Below, in pieces: positions 51,287 through 61,871 of a stretch of DNA of 64,000 bases (positions are counted from its first letter, which is position 1; every line of letters starts with the position of its first letter). Where the stretch lies: positions 1-64,000 of the IMG/VR virus record IMGVR_UViG_3300044859_002168; one strand, 5' to 3'. A model generated the notes under the pieces. It did no database searches. It was not told the origin of the DNA and saw only the letters and a program-made list of their open reading frames with translations. The DNA comes from a virus. The translations under genes were made by a program, and so were the position numbers.

Positions 51287-51601
51287 TTAAATATTTGTAT
51301 TTTTTTTAGTTGTTAGACTTTTAATAAAGAAGTTTACGTCTGTTGTTTGTTCAGGATAAAAATAAATATCCATAGTATATGTTGGACCCCCACCTCTTTC
51401 GTAATGTAATATAAATCCGTTGATGGTCTTGTAAACAATCTCACGATATTCCTCTGAAGTGTGAACCTTATCAAAATAAAGACAGGTAATTTTACCACTG
51501 TCTGTATTTGGTAAACCACAATCTATACTTCTTATTACCGAAAATATTTTACCGGTAGACTCTTCAATTTTTCGTACAACGAAATGGTGTTTTGGAAACA
51601 T
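51287..51601 (-). CDS. Hypothetical protein
   Basis: ORF in operon. Confidence 0.65.
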   Translation of the reverse strand: MFPKHHFVVRKIEESTGKIFSVIRSIDCGLPNTDSGKITCLYFDKVHTSEEYREIVYKTINGFILHYERGGGPTYTMDIYFYPEQTTDVNFFIKSLTTKKNTNI

Positions 51602-51611
51602 AGTTTTAAAG

Positions 51612-53255
51612 TTAAATTAAAAAATCAAAAAATGAAGATGAATTTCTATCCATTTCAAAACCATTATCATCTACCCACTTAAACCCAAAACCATTCTCAT
51701 TTGGTTTTAATTTATACTGATATGTTTTTGATTTGGTTTCTTTTTTCAAACCCATAATAAAAACAAATTTACGGAGGTTTTTGTTTACCATGTCATCCAC
51801 AAAGTTTAAGGCTTCGTTCCAACACTCATCCAAGTTCTTATTGTATTTTGCCAAGTATTGAACTCTTTTCATAAGATATTTTCCATGAGTTATTGAAACT
51901 TCGTATTCTACCGTAGCCCTTTCATCACCTTTTCTTAATGATAATACAAAAGAAGATGTTTTATCAACATACCCTCTGACGCAGTTATATTGATGAGAAC
52001 TCTCCTCATTGAAATCGTCAGTAGTTAATAATACTTTAGGGTGATACTTCTCACCGTTAATTTCAAACGATTTGAATTCATTTAAAAATCCATCAGAATA
52101 GATTCGTGTGAATTTACCAATAACATAAGATTGTTTCAGTTCAGACAAAAATTGATGTTCTTGTGAAAAGTCAACAATGTTTTTACTTTCCCATTTTACA
52201 TCTTCACCAACTTCTTTGAGGTAGTTCAATAATTTGATATGGTCAACAAAGGTACTGAAAGATGTCTTACTCCATATAAATTTTTTAAACATATCAAAAC
52301 ACCTTTTCTTTTCACCAATTGACCAGTTAGAAATACTGATATTTGTTTCACTACTGCTAATCTGGTGTTGATTATTAAATAATTCCGTTAATAATTCATC
52401 GTCCTGATGAATCCATTCGGTACCAAATAAATTTATAGCAATTCTATACCAACCCAAATTTACAAATGATATTTTATGTAGAACTTTTTTAACTTTATCA
52501 CCTTTAAGATTATTACGGAGCATAAAGGCATCCACATACTTCATCTTTGTTTTCTTAAACTCCTTCATCGTTGGTAGGAAATCAAGTTTTCCGTGACCCG
52601 AGGTAAACAAATTTACATTGTTAGGGTATTTTATACCCTTTTTTGTCAGATAAAAAATATACAACAAATGAATGGGACTGGATGGTAAGAAAGTTCTACT
52701 TTCCATATGGGTAATCATTTCATACTTGAATATGTTTAACAAGTAATCAATATATTCATTTCTTTCATCTTTATCTTTAATATAAGGAAAAAAGAAATCC
52801 GAAAGAATACCAGGTAAAAAAGAGACTGTTGCATCGTAAAAACAATTTCTTCTTATATGTTTAGTTCGTTTTATTTTGTTTTGGTAGTTCAATAACTTTC
52901 CTTGGTAGAAATCACCTGTAACCAAATTTACAGTAATAAACCACATGTGTTTCTTTTCCTTAAAATAAGATGTACCCCTTGTTCGGGTTTTGAATTTTTC
53001 ATACATCTTAATGGATAACTTATCACCCACTCTTTCAATATAAAAAGTCTTCGTATGACAACTCACACTCGCCATAGGGTCGGCAAAGTGTTTTACATAC
53101 ATCTCCTCGTCGTCATTATATTCTTGAGCCGTTCTGAATAACAGCTTTCCATCCTTACCATAACGTTTTGACGATATCGGATATGTATTGGATTCTTGGT
53201 GTAACCCAACCCAATATGTTTTACGTAAATCTGAAAAAATAACTTTTCTATCCAT
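51612..53255 (-). CDS. PcfJ-like domain protein
   Basis: C-terminal EESSHQYNCVRGY..SLR..RATVE..Q..KYN. Confidence 0.7.
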   Translation of the reverse strand: MDRKVIFSDLRKTYWVGLHQESNTYPISSKRYGKDGKLLFRTAQEYNDDEEMYVKHFADPMASVSCHTKTFYIERVGDKLSIKMYEKFKTRTRGTSYFKEKKHMWFITVNLVTGDFYQGKLLNYQNKIKRTKHIRRNCFYDATVSFLPGILSDFFFPYIKDKDERNEYIDYLLNIFKYEMITHMESRTFLPSSPIHLLYIFYLTKKGIKYPNNVNLFTSGHGKLDFLPTMKEFKKTKMKYVDAFMLRNNLKGDKVKKVLHKISFVNLGWYRIAINLFGTEWIHQDDELLTELFNNQHQISSSETNISISNWSIGEKKRCFDMFKKFIWSKTSFSTFVDHIKLLNYLKEVGEDVKWESKNIVDFSQEHQFLSELKQSYVIGKFTRIYSDGFLNEFKSFEINGEKYHPKVLLTTDDFNEESSHQYNCVRGYVDKTSSFVLSLRKGDERATVEYEVSITHGKYLMKRVQYLAKYNKNLDECWNEALNFVDDMVNKNLRKFVFIMGLKKETKSKTYQYKLKPNENGFGFKWVDDNGFEMDRNSSSFFDFLI

Positions 53256-53315
53256 CTTAAAAAAGTGCCATATCCAACACCTAACAAAGATAATGAAAAA
53301 AATTAAATGAAAAAC

Positions 53316-53594
53316 TTAGTTTAGAAAAATATTTCCGAATTTTGTTTCAAGTATGAATGACTCAATTTTTGATTTCTTCTTAGAACCACCATTAATCATC
53401 ACACAAATGTCAATAAGTTGTTTTTGAGTAAGGGATATTTCTTTACCTTCTTCAGCGTTGGAATCTGCAACCTCCCTAACCTTTTCATAAAAATCATCCT
53501 TTAGATTCAAAGGAATAAGATTTGCCAAGTCATCAGGGTTCTGATTGAAGAACCTTTTGAATTCTGATAAATAGATTTGAACATCGACGTTCAT
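53316..53594 (-). CDS. Hypothetical protein
   Basis: ORF. Confidence 0.75.
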   Translation of the reverse strand: MNVDVQIYLSEFKRFFNQNPDDLANLIPLNLKDDFYEKVREVADSNAEEGKEISLTQKQLIDICVMINGGSKKKSKIESFILETKFGNIFLN

Positions 53595-53607
53595 AGTAAA
53601 AAATCAA

Positions 53608-54996
53608 TTATAAAGTTTCATCATCTTGTGAGAACTTGTCCCACATACCCGTTTCCATTTCAGACCAACCATTAGCTTCCAATGACTTAGGAGCCGATGA
53701 TACCCCAGTATTCTTAAAGTTGATAAATTCCAAACTTTCCATAGTCGCCAAACATTCAGGTAAACTTGTCAATTTAGGGTTATCCATAACACCCAAAATG
53801 TTTAACTTACTTAACTGACAAACATAATCGGGTATAGAATCAACACAATTTACTAACACTAAATGTTTAAGGTTTTGAAATCTTGTAATTGAAGATGGAA
53901 TGTTAATGATAGCGTCACTGTCTCTATTTTTAATTTTAATTTGTTCCAAAGTTTCAGGTAAAGAATTAAATAGTTCTTCTAATCCAAAAATACTCACAAA
54001 TTTACCAACTATACCGGAATTAAAACCGTCAATCTTTAGGTCCCTACCCGAACCAACAACTAAAGATTTTGCAAATTCAGGCTTAAAAAATTCTTTAAGT
54101 TCAGGATTTTCTTTGAAGAAAGAATGTAAATTAATTTGGTCATCATCAGCATCCATAAATTGTTGGTCAGGAAAATGGAATTGGTATCTTTCCCCTGAAA
54201 GTCCACTTACTCTACCAACTTCATCTCCGAAACCACCAAAAATTCTTGGTTGGTTAGGAATAATAACAAAAAGTGGACCTTTACTAATATAATATTTAAA
54301 ATTTCTATCATAACCCGGAGATGATGTGCACCAATCTGTTTCACCCTGACCAGGTCCTAACATATTTCCGCCATAATAACATGCGGCATCTCGACCTAAT
54401 TCATCACCACGTGAAATTTTAACGATAGTCCACTTCGGTCCTCTATAAACAACATCAGCACCAGGATGTTCATATGTTCTTGAGGCGACTTTCTTTTCAT
54501 CTCTTGTGGCTTTTTCTTTCTCTAAAGAAAAACTTGAGACTAAGTTTTCTAATGTATCTATAGATAACTTATCAATATTCCTAAATTCAACATCTAATCT
54601 ATTTTTGAACCTATCAAACTTCCTCAAATTTTGTGTAACCTTTATTAAGTCCTCCCAAAATAATCGTTTAGTCTTTTTTAATTGTTCTTTATACAATTTA
54701 CTATTTGGTTCAATAATTTGACCATCTTCATCTGTAGGTTTAAGGTTAAGATATTGTTTAATAATCCATTGAACATACGGACCCGTTTTTTTAAAACTTG
54801 ACCAATCACCATCAAAATTGTCAATGTCAACACCTTCTTCAACTTTAGTCAAGGGGTCTGCCACGGCAAGTGCAAAAAGTTCTTCCGCTGTTAATAAAGA
54901 TTCCTTTCCTTTTATGGGTTTCAAAAATTTATTAGATAAAACGTCTATTCTTGCATCTTCAAGAATAACGTTTTTTAAAATTTCATAGAATTTCAT
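53608..54996 (-). CDS. LRR-containing protein, paralog 1 (leader MKFYEILKNVILE)
   Basis: TDWCTS, RYQFHF..QFMD, C-terminal IPxSI..LxxLxL repeats. Confidence 0.8.
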   Translation of the reverse strand: MKFYEILKNVILEDARIDVLSNKFLKPIKGKESLLTAEELFALAVADPLTKVEEGVDIDNFDGDWSSFKKTGPYVQWIIKQYLNLKPTDEDGQIIEPNSKLYKEQLKKTKRLFWEDLIKVTQNLRKFDRFKNRLDVEFRNIDKLSIDTLENLVSSFSLEKEKATRDEKKVASRTYEHPGADVVYRGPKWTIVKISRGDELGRDAACYYGGNMLGPGQGETDWCTSSPGYDRNFKYYISKGPLFVIIPNQPRIFGGFGDEVGRVSGLSGERYQFHFPDQQFMDADDDQINLHSFFKENPELKEFFKPEFAKSLVVGSGRDLKIDGFNSGIVGKFVSIFGLEELFNSLPETLEQIKIKNRDSDAIINIPSSITRFQNLKHLVLVNCVDSIPDYVCQLSKLNILGVMDNPKLTSLPECLATMESLEFINFKNTGVSSAPKSLEANGWSEMETGMWDKFSQDDETL

Positions 54997-55046
54997 AAAA
55001 TTGAAAGTTTACATTAATAAATAGTCAGATAAAACTAATCTAATTA

Positions 55047-56378
55047 TTATACTTCATCATCTTGTGAGAACTTATCCCACATACCAGTTTCCATTTCAGA
55101 CCAACCATTAGATTCTAATGACTTTGGTGCGGATGCTCCTGTGTCCTTGAAGTTAATGAATTCCAAGTTTTCCATTGTTCCTAAACATTCAGGTAAACTT
55201 GTTAGTTGAGGGTTACTCATAACACCTAAAATATTCAAGTTGTTCAACTGACAAATATAATCAGGTACATTATTAATACAATTTACCAACACCAAGTGTT
55301 TAAGATTTTTGAACCTTGTAATTGAAGGTGGAATATTAATGATTGTACCAGCGTTGTCTCTATTTTTAATTTTGATTTGTTCCAAACTATCAGGTAATGA
55401 ATTAAACAATTCTTCTAACCCATAAAGACCAACAAATTTACCAACAGAACCTGAACCAAAACCATCAATCTTCAAATCTTTACCAGAACCTGCCGTCAAA
55501 CCTTTTGCAAATTCAGGTTTGAAGTATTGTTTAAGTTCCGCCATAGGACCGTTCAATAAGTCCACCAAATTAACACTTCTATCATCTTTATCCATGAATT
55601 GATTAGAAGGGAAGTGGAATTGATACCTTTCAATAGGTAATCCTGTTTGTGGTGATATCTTAGGGTCGTTTGGATTATACACAACATATAAAGGTCCATC
55701 CTTGATGTAGTTGTTAAACCAACTCAAACCAGGTGCGGAAGTACACCATCTTGTCTCTTGTTGATTACCACCATAGAAACATGCAGCTTCTTTACCTCTT
55801 TCACCTTTATCTTCAATTTTTACGACTTTCCATGTCTCACCATCATAACTTGAGTCAGCACCAGGGTGAACAGGAAGACTCTTTCTCTCAGCCTTTGTTG
55901 TTGTCGCCAACGTTAAATCAAAGTCCTTAACTGCATCATATAATGCATCTGTACTTAATTTATTAATATCTCTCTGTTCAACAGGAAGTCTACCCTTGAA
56001 TCTATTAAACTTTTTCAAGTCATCCGTAACCTTATAAAGGTCTTCCATGAAACGGTCTTTCATGACCTTCACTTCTTGGTCATATCCATAATCACCAAAT
56101 GCACGTTCTGTTGTTGGATTTAAATATTGTTTGATTAACCATGGTGTGTATTCACCAACTTTAACCTTTTCCAAGTCTTCTTTAGTTGCATTGTCCAAAT
56201 CAACATTATTCAACCTTGATGTTGGGTCGGCATTAATAAGTTTGTAAAGCTCCTCTTTTTTCATTTTTGGAGCAATAACCTTTTCCCCTTTTTTCTTTGG
56301 TTTTACAAATTTGTCCATCAAGACTTCAAATCTTGATTGTTCTAAAATAATCTCCTTTAATACAGACGTGAATTTCAT
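55047..56378 (-). CDS. LRR-containing protein, paralog 2 (leader MKFTSVLKEIILE)
   Basis: Same architecture; very similar C-terminus to 53608..54996; start moved. Confidence 0.8.
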   Translation of the reverse strand: MKFTSVLKEIILEQSRFEVLMDKFVKPKKKGEKVIAPKMKKEELYKLINADPTSRLNNVDLDNATKEDLEKVKVGEYTPWLIKQYLNPTTERAFGDYGYDQEVKVMKDRFMEDLYKVTDDLKKFNRFKGRLPVEQRDINKLSTDALYDAVKDFDLTLATTTKAERKSLPVHPGADSSYDGETWKVVKIEDKGERGKEAACFYGGNQQETRWCTSAPGLSWFNNYIKDGPLYVVYNPNDPKISPQTGLPIERYQFHFPSNQFMDKDDRSVNLVDLLNGPMAELKQYFKPEFAKGLTAGSGKDLKIDGFGSGSVGKFVGLYGLEELFNSLPDSLEQIKIKNRDNAGTIINIPPSITRFKNLKHLVLVNCINNVPDYICQLNNLNILGVMSNPQLTSLPECLGTMENLEFINFKDTGASAPKSLESNGWSEMETGMWDKFSQDDEV

Positions 56379-56420
56379 CTTTATATGTTTATCTATAAAT
56401 ACACAATAACTCAAGAAATA

Positions 56421-57260
56421 TTAATAATTCATTATCAATAACTCTTCCCCCATGTTTTGGGTCTTACCTTTCTTAGCGGCAGCTGCTTTAACAAACTCTT
56501 TTTTAACCCATCTATATTGGTCTTCAGGAAACCACTGATGTAGTAATTCAAAATCATAATACGATAACGAAAACTTACCCGTCACATTATGTAATACGTT
56601 TGCAAGTCGTTCATGGTCCTCACGGTCAAAGTCATGATTTGAATAATAGTTCTCAGTCTTCCAATATGGTGGGTCCAAATAAATGTAGGTAGTTGGTGAA
56701 TCATACTTAGTAATCACATCTGCAAAGTCCATGTTTTCAAAGTTAGTTATTCTAATAAACTTATCCAACCATTTTGGGTTGATTAGTTTGTCACGGAAGG
56801 TAAGATATTTGGACTTGTATTTACCCTTTAGGTCAATATAAGAACTTGATTCAGGTTTGGAACCACTAAAGACCTGAGTTAGAATATATGCATACTGTGC
56901 CGCTATCATATAATCAGGTGTCTTCAATTTTAAATCACTACTAAAAAGTGTTTGTTGGTAGTTCTTGAATAAAATTGGGTATAATTCAGGTGTTTTTTCA
57001 ATACCAAATTCCTGACAGGGTATTGAGTTTATTGCCTTGAGTAGTTCTGTTGGGTTTTGAAGACAGTTAAATAGATTATGATTTAGTGGATTAAAATCAT
57101 TATACACCACTGTCTTAAGATTTGGAAACTTACTCAAATCCATATTATAAAAACACCAAAACATTCCTCCGAATGTTTCTACATAGGTTTCCATGTCCTG
57201 TGGGTACTCCCCAACAATCCATTTACCTATCTTACTTTTTCCACCAATATATGATAACAT
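56421..57260 (-). CDS. DNA adenine methyltransferase (Dam/D12 family)
   Basis: YIGGKS, YVETFGG, YNDFN, YLDPPY, LSYY. Confidence 0.9.
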   Translation of the reverse strand: MLSYIGGKSKIGKWIVGEYPQDMETYVETFGGMFWCFYNMDLSKFPNLKTVVYNDFNPLNHNLFNCLQNPTELLKAINSIPCQEFGIEKTPELYPILFKNYQQTLFSSDLKLKTPDYMIAAQYAYILTQVFSGSKPESSSYIDLKGKYKSKYLTFRDKLINPKWLDKFIRITNFENMDFADVITKYDSPTTYIYLDPPYWKTENYYSNHDFDREDHERLANVLHNVTGKFSLSYYDFELLHQWFPEDQYRWVKKEFVKAAAAKKGKTQNMGEELLIMNY

Positions 57261-57430
57261 ATTTTAAAATATAAGAGATTTATTACTTTAATACAAATGT
57301 AGGTCATAATCACAACAAAGCAAGTTTCCAATGTTAAATTTTTCATCTGACTTGTCTTATGTGTGGTAAATGTTATATTTATGTTAAGAGAGTGTTAACA
57401 CTTTCCATAAACCACAAACAATATTTACAT

Positions 57431-57664
57431 ATGAAAAAGTTATTTTTGGTTTTGATGATGGGATTAATTATGTTACCATCATTCGCTCAGGACGGGAAAG
57501 GAAAGAAGAAACACAGAAGAAACAACAATACAGAAGTTGTATCAGAAGTGCGACCAATTCACAGAGAACGTTGGGTTGAAAAAGATGGTGATAATTACGT
57601 GATAGTTTCACGAACAACCATTACTAAATCGGATTATTTAAAGATAAGAAACGCTCCAAGGTAA
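57431..57664 (+). CDS. Small secreted protein
   Basis: Start moved to MKKLFLVLMMGLIMLPSFA then Q. Confidence 0.7.
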   Translation: MKKLFLVLMMGLIMLPSFAQDGKGKKKHRRNNNTEVVSEVRPIHRERWVEKDGDNYVIVSRTTITKSDYLKIRNAPR

Positions 57665-58552
57665 TTACTTGTAGCAATTCTTGTAGGGTCTACAAGAAGC
57701 TTTTTGACTAAACCCCATGGAACCACATGGGGTTTTTTCACAATATGACTTATCATACTTTCTTGGTTTCTTGAACTTACTTTCTTCTTTAAGTTCATCA
57801 CCAGACTTATAATTTTTAATATCTGTAGCAATTTCAATTACGGTTGAATATAACATCTTAAGGAATTCCCCCCACATTTCAGGGTTATTTGCCTTGAGAA
57901 GCATTAAAACTTGAATTACATGTGGTAACTCCTCACCTAAAGATTCTGATGAAATATCTAACAGAACATTTTTAGCAGTCTCGTCAGCTTCACCTTCAAC
58001 AGCAAAATATTTCACTAAAGATTTTAAACTGTTCAATATTTCTTCCTTTGTTTTAACACCTAAAAGACTTTTATACTCATTGACAATCCCTTCTAAAATT
58101 TCGTTGGTGTATGCCCTGAATTCAAAGTCGTGCCCCCAATATTCATCACTACCAGCACTTTTATATTTCTCTATTTGTTTAGGGTTTAAATAAAGAGTTG
58201 TGTTCAAATCAATCATGTGTTGAATTTCGTGATAGATTACATTGTATAGGGACTTCTTATTTGGTATTAAAACTTTATCAGGATTGACAATCATAAAAAG
58301 ATTATCCAAAGAACGTGGTTTGGTTTGGTCTTGTTGGAAAACAGCACCCTGTTCACTAAAGTCACTTAAATAATATACCGGTATATCAAACTCAGCACCT
58401 GATGGGTCATTGACATAAATCGTACCTTTCAACGGATTTTCATCATCCAAGTCTTCATAGTCTTTCCAAATAACATCAATAACATTTTTGATGTCGGATA
58501 TGGTTCTTTGATTTAACTTAACTCTTTTGGAACCCTCGTTGATTGTTTTCAT
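57665..58552 (-). CDS. HExxH metallopeptidase-like protein with C-terminal Cys motif
   Basis: IYHEIQHMID..EFRAY; CEKTPC..KASC..NC tail; leader MKTINEG. Confidence 0.6.
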   Translation of the reverse strand: MKTINEGSKRVKLNQRTISDIKNVIDVIWKDYEDLDDENPLKGTIYVNDPSGAEFDIPVYYLSDFSEQGAVFQQDQTKPRSLDNLFMIVNPDKVLIPNKKSLYNVIYHEIQHMIDLNTTLYLNPKQIEKYKSAGSDEYWGHDFEFRAYTNEILEGIVNEYKSLLGVKTKEEILNSLKSLVKYFAVEGEADETAKNVLLDISSESLGEELPHVIQVLMLLKANNPEMWGEFLKMLYSTVIEIATDIKNYKSGDELKEESKFKKPRKYDKSYCEKTPCGSMGFSQKASCRPYKNCYK

Positions 58553-58568
58553 ACAATCATAAATACCC

Positions 58569-59495
58569 TCAATTAGATTTCAAATCAGATTTGTTGAACT
58601 TAACTCTTAATTTAACATACATATCCCCTGTTGGATAACCTTTCCCTTTAAGTCTTAAAGGTTTGTTTGTATCAAATTCATTTGGTGACGGAATTTTAAT
58701 ATCACCATCAGGGTGTGGGATATGATATACATCATTTTTAAGCTCATCATAATTGAACTCTAAATTATAAATCAAATCATTACCCATCTTTTGAAACTCT
58801 TTTGTATTGTCCATAACCACTTGAATTATCAAATCACCATAGAAACCATATGAGAAATCACCCTTTTGAGAAATGCGTAGGAACTGCCCATCATCAACAT
58901 TCTTTGGGATAGTAATTTTTATGGTTTCAAATTTTGGTTTGGTACCTACACCACTACATGAATTACAATATTTTGTTAGAATTGAACCTGTTGCGCCACA
59001 GTGTCCACATCCACGTCTAACAACTTGTTGTAAGAATCCTGAACCCATGACTTGAGTAGTGAATCCTTGACCTTGACAGTGATGACAAGTGACTCTATCA
59101 CCACCATTACCCCCACAATCACCACACGGATGGTTTCGTTGGAAGTTTAAGTCTTTATCCATACCCTTATATGAATCTATCGGTGTGACGTTTAGTTTGA
59201 CAATCTTATCGGCATTTTTTCTCGGACCTTGTGGTCTTTGACCCCCACTAAACATGTTTTTAAAGAAATCCTCAAATTCAGTTCCATTAAATGGGTTGTT
59301 TTTTTGGCTTAAGTAGTTATTCTTTTTAGTGGGGTCTGAAAGAACGTCGTAGGCTTCGGCTATTTCACGAAATTTTTCACCACCCTCAGGATTAACATCA
59401 GGATGGTATTGTTTAGACAATTTTCTATAAGCACGTTTAAGTTCTTCATCAGTGGCATTTTCCTGTACGCCTAATATTTCATAGTAATCTTTCAT
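58569..59495 (-). CDS. dnaJ: DnaJ chaperone
   Basis: J domain with HPD; CxxCxGxG repeats; C-terminal LRLKGKG. Confidence 0.93.
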   Translation of the reverse strand: MKDYYEILGVQENATDEELKRAYRKLSKQYHPDVNPEGGEKFREIAEAYDVLSDPTKKNNYLSQKNNPFNGTEFEDFFKNMFSGGQRPQGPRKNADKIVKLNVTPIDSYKGMDKDLNFQRNHPCGDCGGNGGDRVTCHHCQGQGFTTQVMGSGFLQQVVRRGCGHCGATGSILTKYCNSCSGVGTKPKFETIKITIPKNVDDGQFLRISQKGDFSYGFYGDLIIQVVMDNTKEFQKMGNDLIYNLEFNYDELKNDVYHIPHPDGDIKIPSPNEFDTNKPLRLKGKGYPTGDMYVKLRVKFNKSDLKSN

Positions 59496-60141
59496 GTTAG
59501 TAAATCCAAAGTATCAAATAGTTCTTTTCAAAGATAAGGTTAAAAAAAAGATAATAAAGAAGTTTAACAATTTCAAAAATTGTGAAAACTTTTTTAATTT
59601 ATTAATGGAAGAATCTGACAAAGTTATCTTCCCAAAACAAATTGAAGGTACTGTTGAATGTAAATTTGAATTGGGTATCCTACAAGATGGTTACAAGTCT
59701 GATATTCCACAATACACCACCGATGAATTTGGTAGAAATGTTAAAATACAATTGATTGATAATAAATGGGGACTAATTAAGGTGTCCGTATACAATCAAG
59801 AAGAAACGATTTACGACATTAAAAACAAAAAGAAGGTTACAGTAGCTCAATTAATTTCAAAACATCTAAATGGTGACGGTCTAAAAATGATTAACTCACT
59901 ACACAATAAAGTTATCATACAAAAAGATGATAATTTTTCAGTATTCACAACTAAGTCACCATCTGAGACATCAAGATTACTTGATTGTCTTACCGAACAC
60001 TTTATAAATTCGCAAAAGAAAGACTGTCTTATTGTAAAAGACACATCAACGGCTCAGAAAAAATACTTAATAGATTTTTTAAATAGTAATGGGTTTGATA
60101 AAAAACTACTTTACAGACAATACACTACTTTTCCTCGGTAG
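59494..60141 (+). CDS. Hypothetical protein
   Basis: 215-aa ORF; start overlaps the dnaJ start. Confidence 0.75.
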   Translation: MLVNPKYQIVLFKDKVKKKIIKKFNNFKNCENFFNLLMEESDKVIFPKQIEGTVECKFELGILQDGYKSDIPQYTTDEFGRNVKIQLIDNKWGLIKVSVYNQEETIYDIKNKKKVTVAQLISKHLNGDGLKMINSLHNKVIIQKDDNFSVFTTKSPSETSRLLDCLTEHFINSQKKDCLIVKDTSTAQKKYLIDFLNSNGFDKKLLYRQYTTFPR

Positions 60142-60412
60142 GTTCCTCAGGAGCTTCTTCAGAAACTTCCTTAGGAGTTTCCTCAACCTCTTTTTTCAAC
60201 ATGAAGTAAAACTCAACACCTGAGATATCAATCAAGAACTGTTTGTGATGTCTATCAATCTCCCTGAAATGACCTATGATTTTGTCGTATTCAGGTTTAT
60301 CTAATTCAAAAACCATCATCCTATCATAATTTGGGAATAGGTCATTGATTGCGTCAGATAACAACGCTAATTTTTCTAATTCCCCCAAAGGAGCTTCTGT
60401 ATTCTTTTCCAT
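60125..60412 (-). CDS. Hypothetical protein
   Basis: ORF in operon. Confidence 0.7.
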   Translation of the reverse strand: MEKNTEAPLGELEKLALLSDAINDLFPNYDRMMVFELDKPEYDKIIGHFREIDRHHKQFLIDISGVEFYFMLKKEVEETPKEVSEEAPEEPTEEK

Positions 60413-60570
60413 ATTGAATTTTTCGGTTTTTGAAATAAATCAGTTTTTTTCATTTGAATGAGTTGTTGAGTAAATCTTTCCTTTTCCCTCATCAACTCAG
60501 CTTGGTCTTTTTGTTTTTCCTTATTCAGCCAGTCCAATAGTCTCTCCCTGTGGTTCATCTGTCTCAACAT
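60376..60570 (-). CDS. Hypothetical protein
   Basis: ORF in operon (start probably MNHRE). Confidence 0.6.
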   Translation of the reverse strand: MLRQMNHRERLLDWLNKEKQKDQAELMREKERFTQQLIQMKKTDLFQKPKNSIWKRIQKLLWGN

Positions 60571-60949
60571 TTAAATTCGCAGTTTCATCAAAACCAATTG
60601 AAAGATTTTGTAAATGTTTTAAATCAGTTTTTTCAAACGTCTTTTTTAACTCTGCAACTACATTATGAAATAGTCTTTCTTTTTCTTCCCTTTCTCGGTT
60701 CAACTTAATCACCTTGAGAATCATCTCAACGTTTTTCTGAACAGTCTTTTCATCAAACTCACAAACAAAACTCATTCCTCTCCAACCTTCTTCCTTATAA
60801 TCAAAAGGAACTACTTGAAATTCTGTTGTAGTACTCTTTGGCATTGACCAGTTAGCAGGAAATTTAACATCCAAACTAATATGGGTCTCAAGTCGTCTTA
60901 TTGCGACGAAAAAATTTTCAAACTGATTTAATACTGTATAAAGTGTCAT
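60521..60949 (-). CDS. Hypothetical protein
   Basis: ORF in operon. Confidence 0.75.
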   Translation of the reverse strand: MTLYTVLNQFENFFVAIRRLETHISLDVKFPANWSMPKSTTTEFQVVPFDYKEEGWRGMSFVCEFDEKTVQKNVEMILKVIKLNREREEKERLFHNVVAELKKTFEKTDLKHLQNLSIGFDETANLNVETDEPQGETIGLAE

Positions 60950-61125
60950 GTCCTAATAATATAAGTGATAATATAACTCAAGGAAAGTCCAAAAAACAAA
61001 AGGTCCCTACTGGAGAAATCAATTTCTTTCCCCAATAGGGTACCTATGAGTTTAATGAAATTTTTGAATAGGACCAACAAAGAAAAAATAAAAATAAATA
61101 AGAACAGTGTGTCCGTATTAAACAT
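60946..61125 (-). CDS. Two-TM small membrane protein, 59 aa
   Basis: Manual translation MFNTDTLFLFIFIFSLLVLF...; ATGA coupling. Confidence 0.65.
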   Translation of the reverse strand: MFNTDTLFLFIFIFSLLVLFKNFIKLIGTLLGKEIDFSSRDLLFFGLSLSYIITYIIRT

Positions 61126-61126
61126 A

Positions 61127-61300
61127 TTAGTCTTTTTTTGAATGTTCCAAAATTTCAGCTCTCAATTGTTGCAGTAAACTCTTAAGTTCTTGAGCAGATT
61201 TACGAGCTCTTGTACCAGCGCTCTTGTTACCTTTGTAGAACTTTTCTGAATCAACAGATAGAGTTTCACAAGCTTCCTTAATTTTTTGTAATGTTTCCAT
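61127..61300 (-). CDS. Histone H1-like (Hc1 family) nucleoid protein, 57 aa
   Basis: Manual translation; KFYKGNKSAGTRARKSAQELK matches the GNKAAGTRARK family motif. Confidence 0.8.
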   Translation of the reverse strand: METLQKIKEACETLSVDSEKFYKGNKSAGTRARKSAQELKSLLQQLRAEILEHSKKD

Positions 61301-61358
61301 AAATTATTTTAAATTATTTTAAATTAAAAATAGTGGATTATGTTCTCTCGTCAATAGA

Positions 61359-61826
61359 TTAACCAACATGAATTACTTTATTTTGTAATGTTTTGTATAA
61401 TTCGGTTAAAATATCTAAATCAGATTTTGCGAACGGTTTATTTAAATCAAACAACTCCTCAATAAATTCAGGAATTGCCTCCCGATAATCAATTTGAGAT
61501 TGTGAGTAAAAACTATCGTGAAAGAAATTCCACAAATATTCTTTGTGTTCACCATCGGAGTCAATTAATATATTTTCTTTTTCATAATCTTTTATCATTT
61601 TACTCCAACACCAATCAAAATGGTTCTTCTTATCGTGGCTGGATAATATTACTTTAGTTTCGTGACTTTCCTCACCAAAATAAGTATCAATTATTAAAAT
61701 CGCCAAAGAATTGAATATATCACCAAAGAGTTCAACTCTTTCTGGTATGATGTTATGCACACTGAACCATATATCAACTTCACTGAATGGGAGTGGCTTG
61801 GACATCCAATTATAAAAATTCTCCAT
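61359..61826 (-). CDS. Hypothetical protein
   Basis: ORF. Confidence 0.75.
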   Translation of the reverse strand: MENFYNWMSKPLPFSEVDIWFSVHNIIPERVELFGDIFNSLAILIIDTYFGEESHETKVILSSHDKKNHFDWCWSKMIKDYEKENILIDSDGEHKEYLWNFFHDSFYSQSQIDYREAIPEFIEELFDLNKPFAKSDLDILTELYKTLQNKVIHVG

Positions 61827-61871
61827 AGGGTCTCTATGGAGAATTTAATATAAAATTAAAATTATTAAAGA

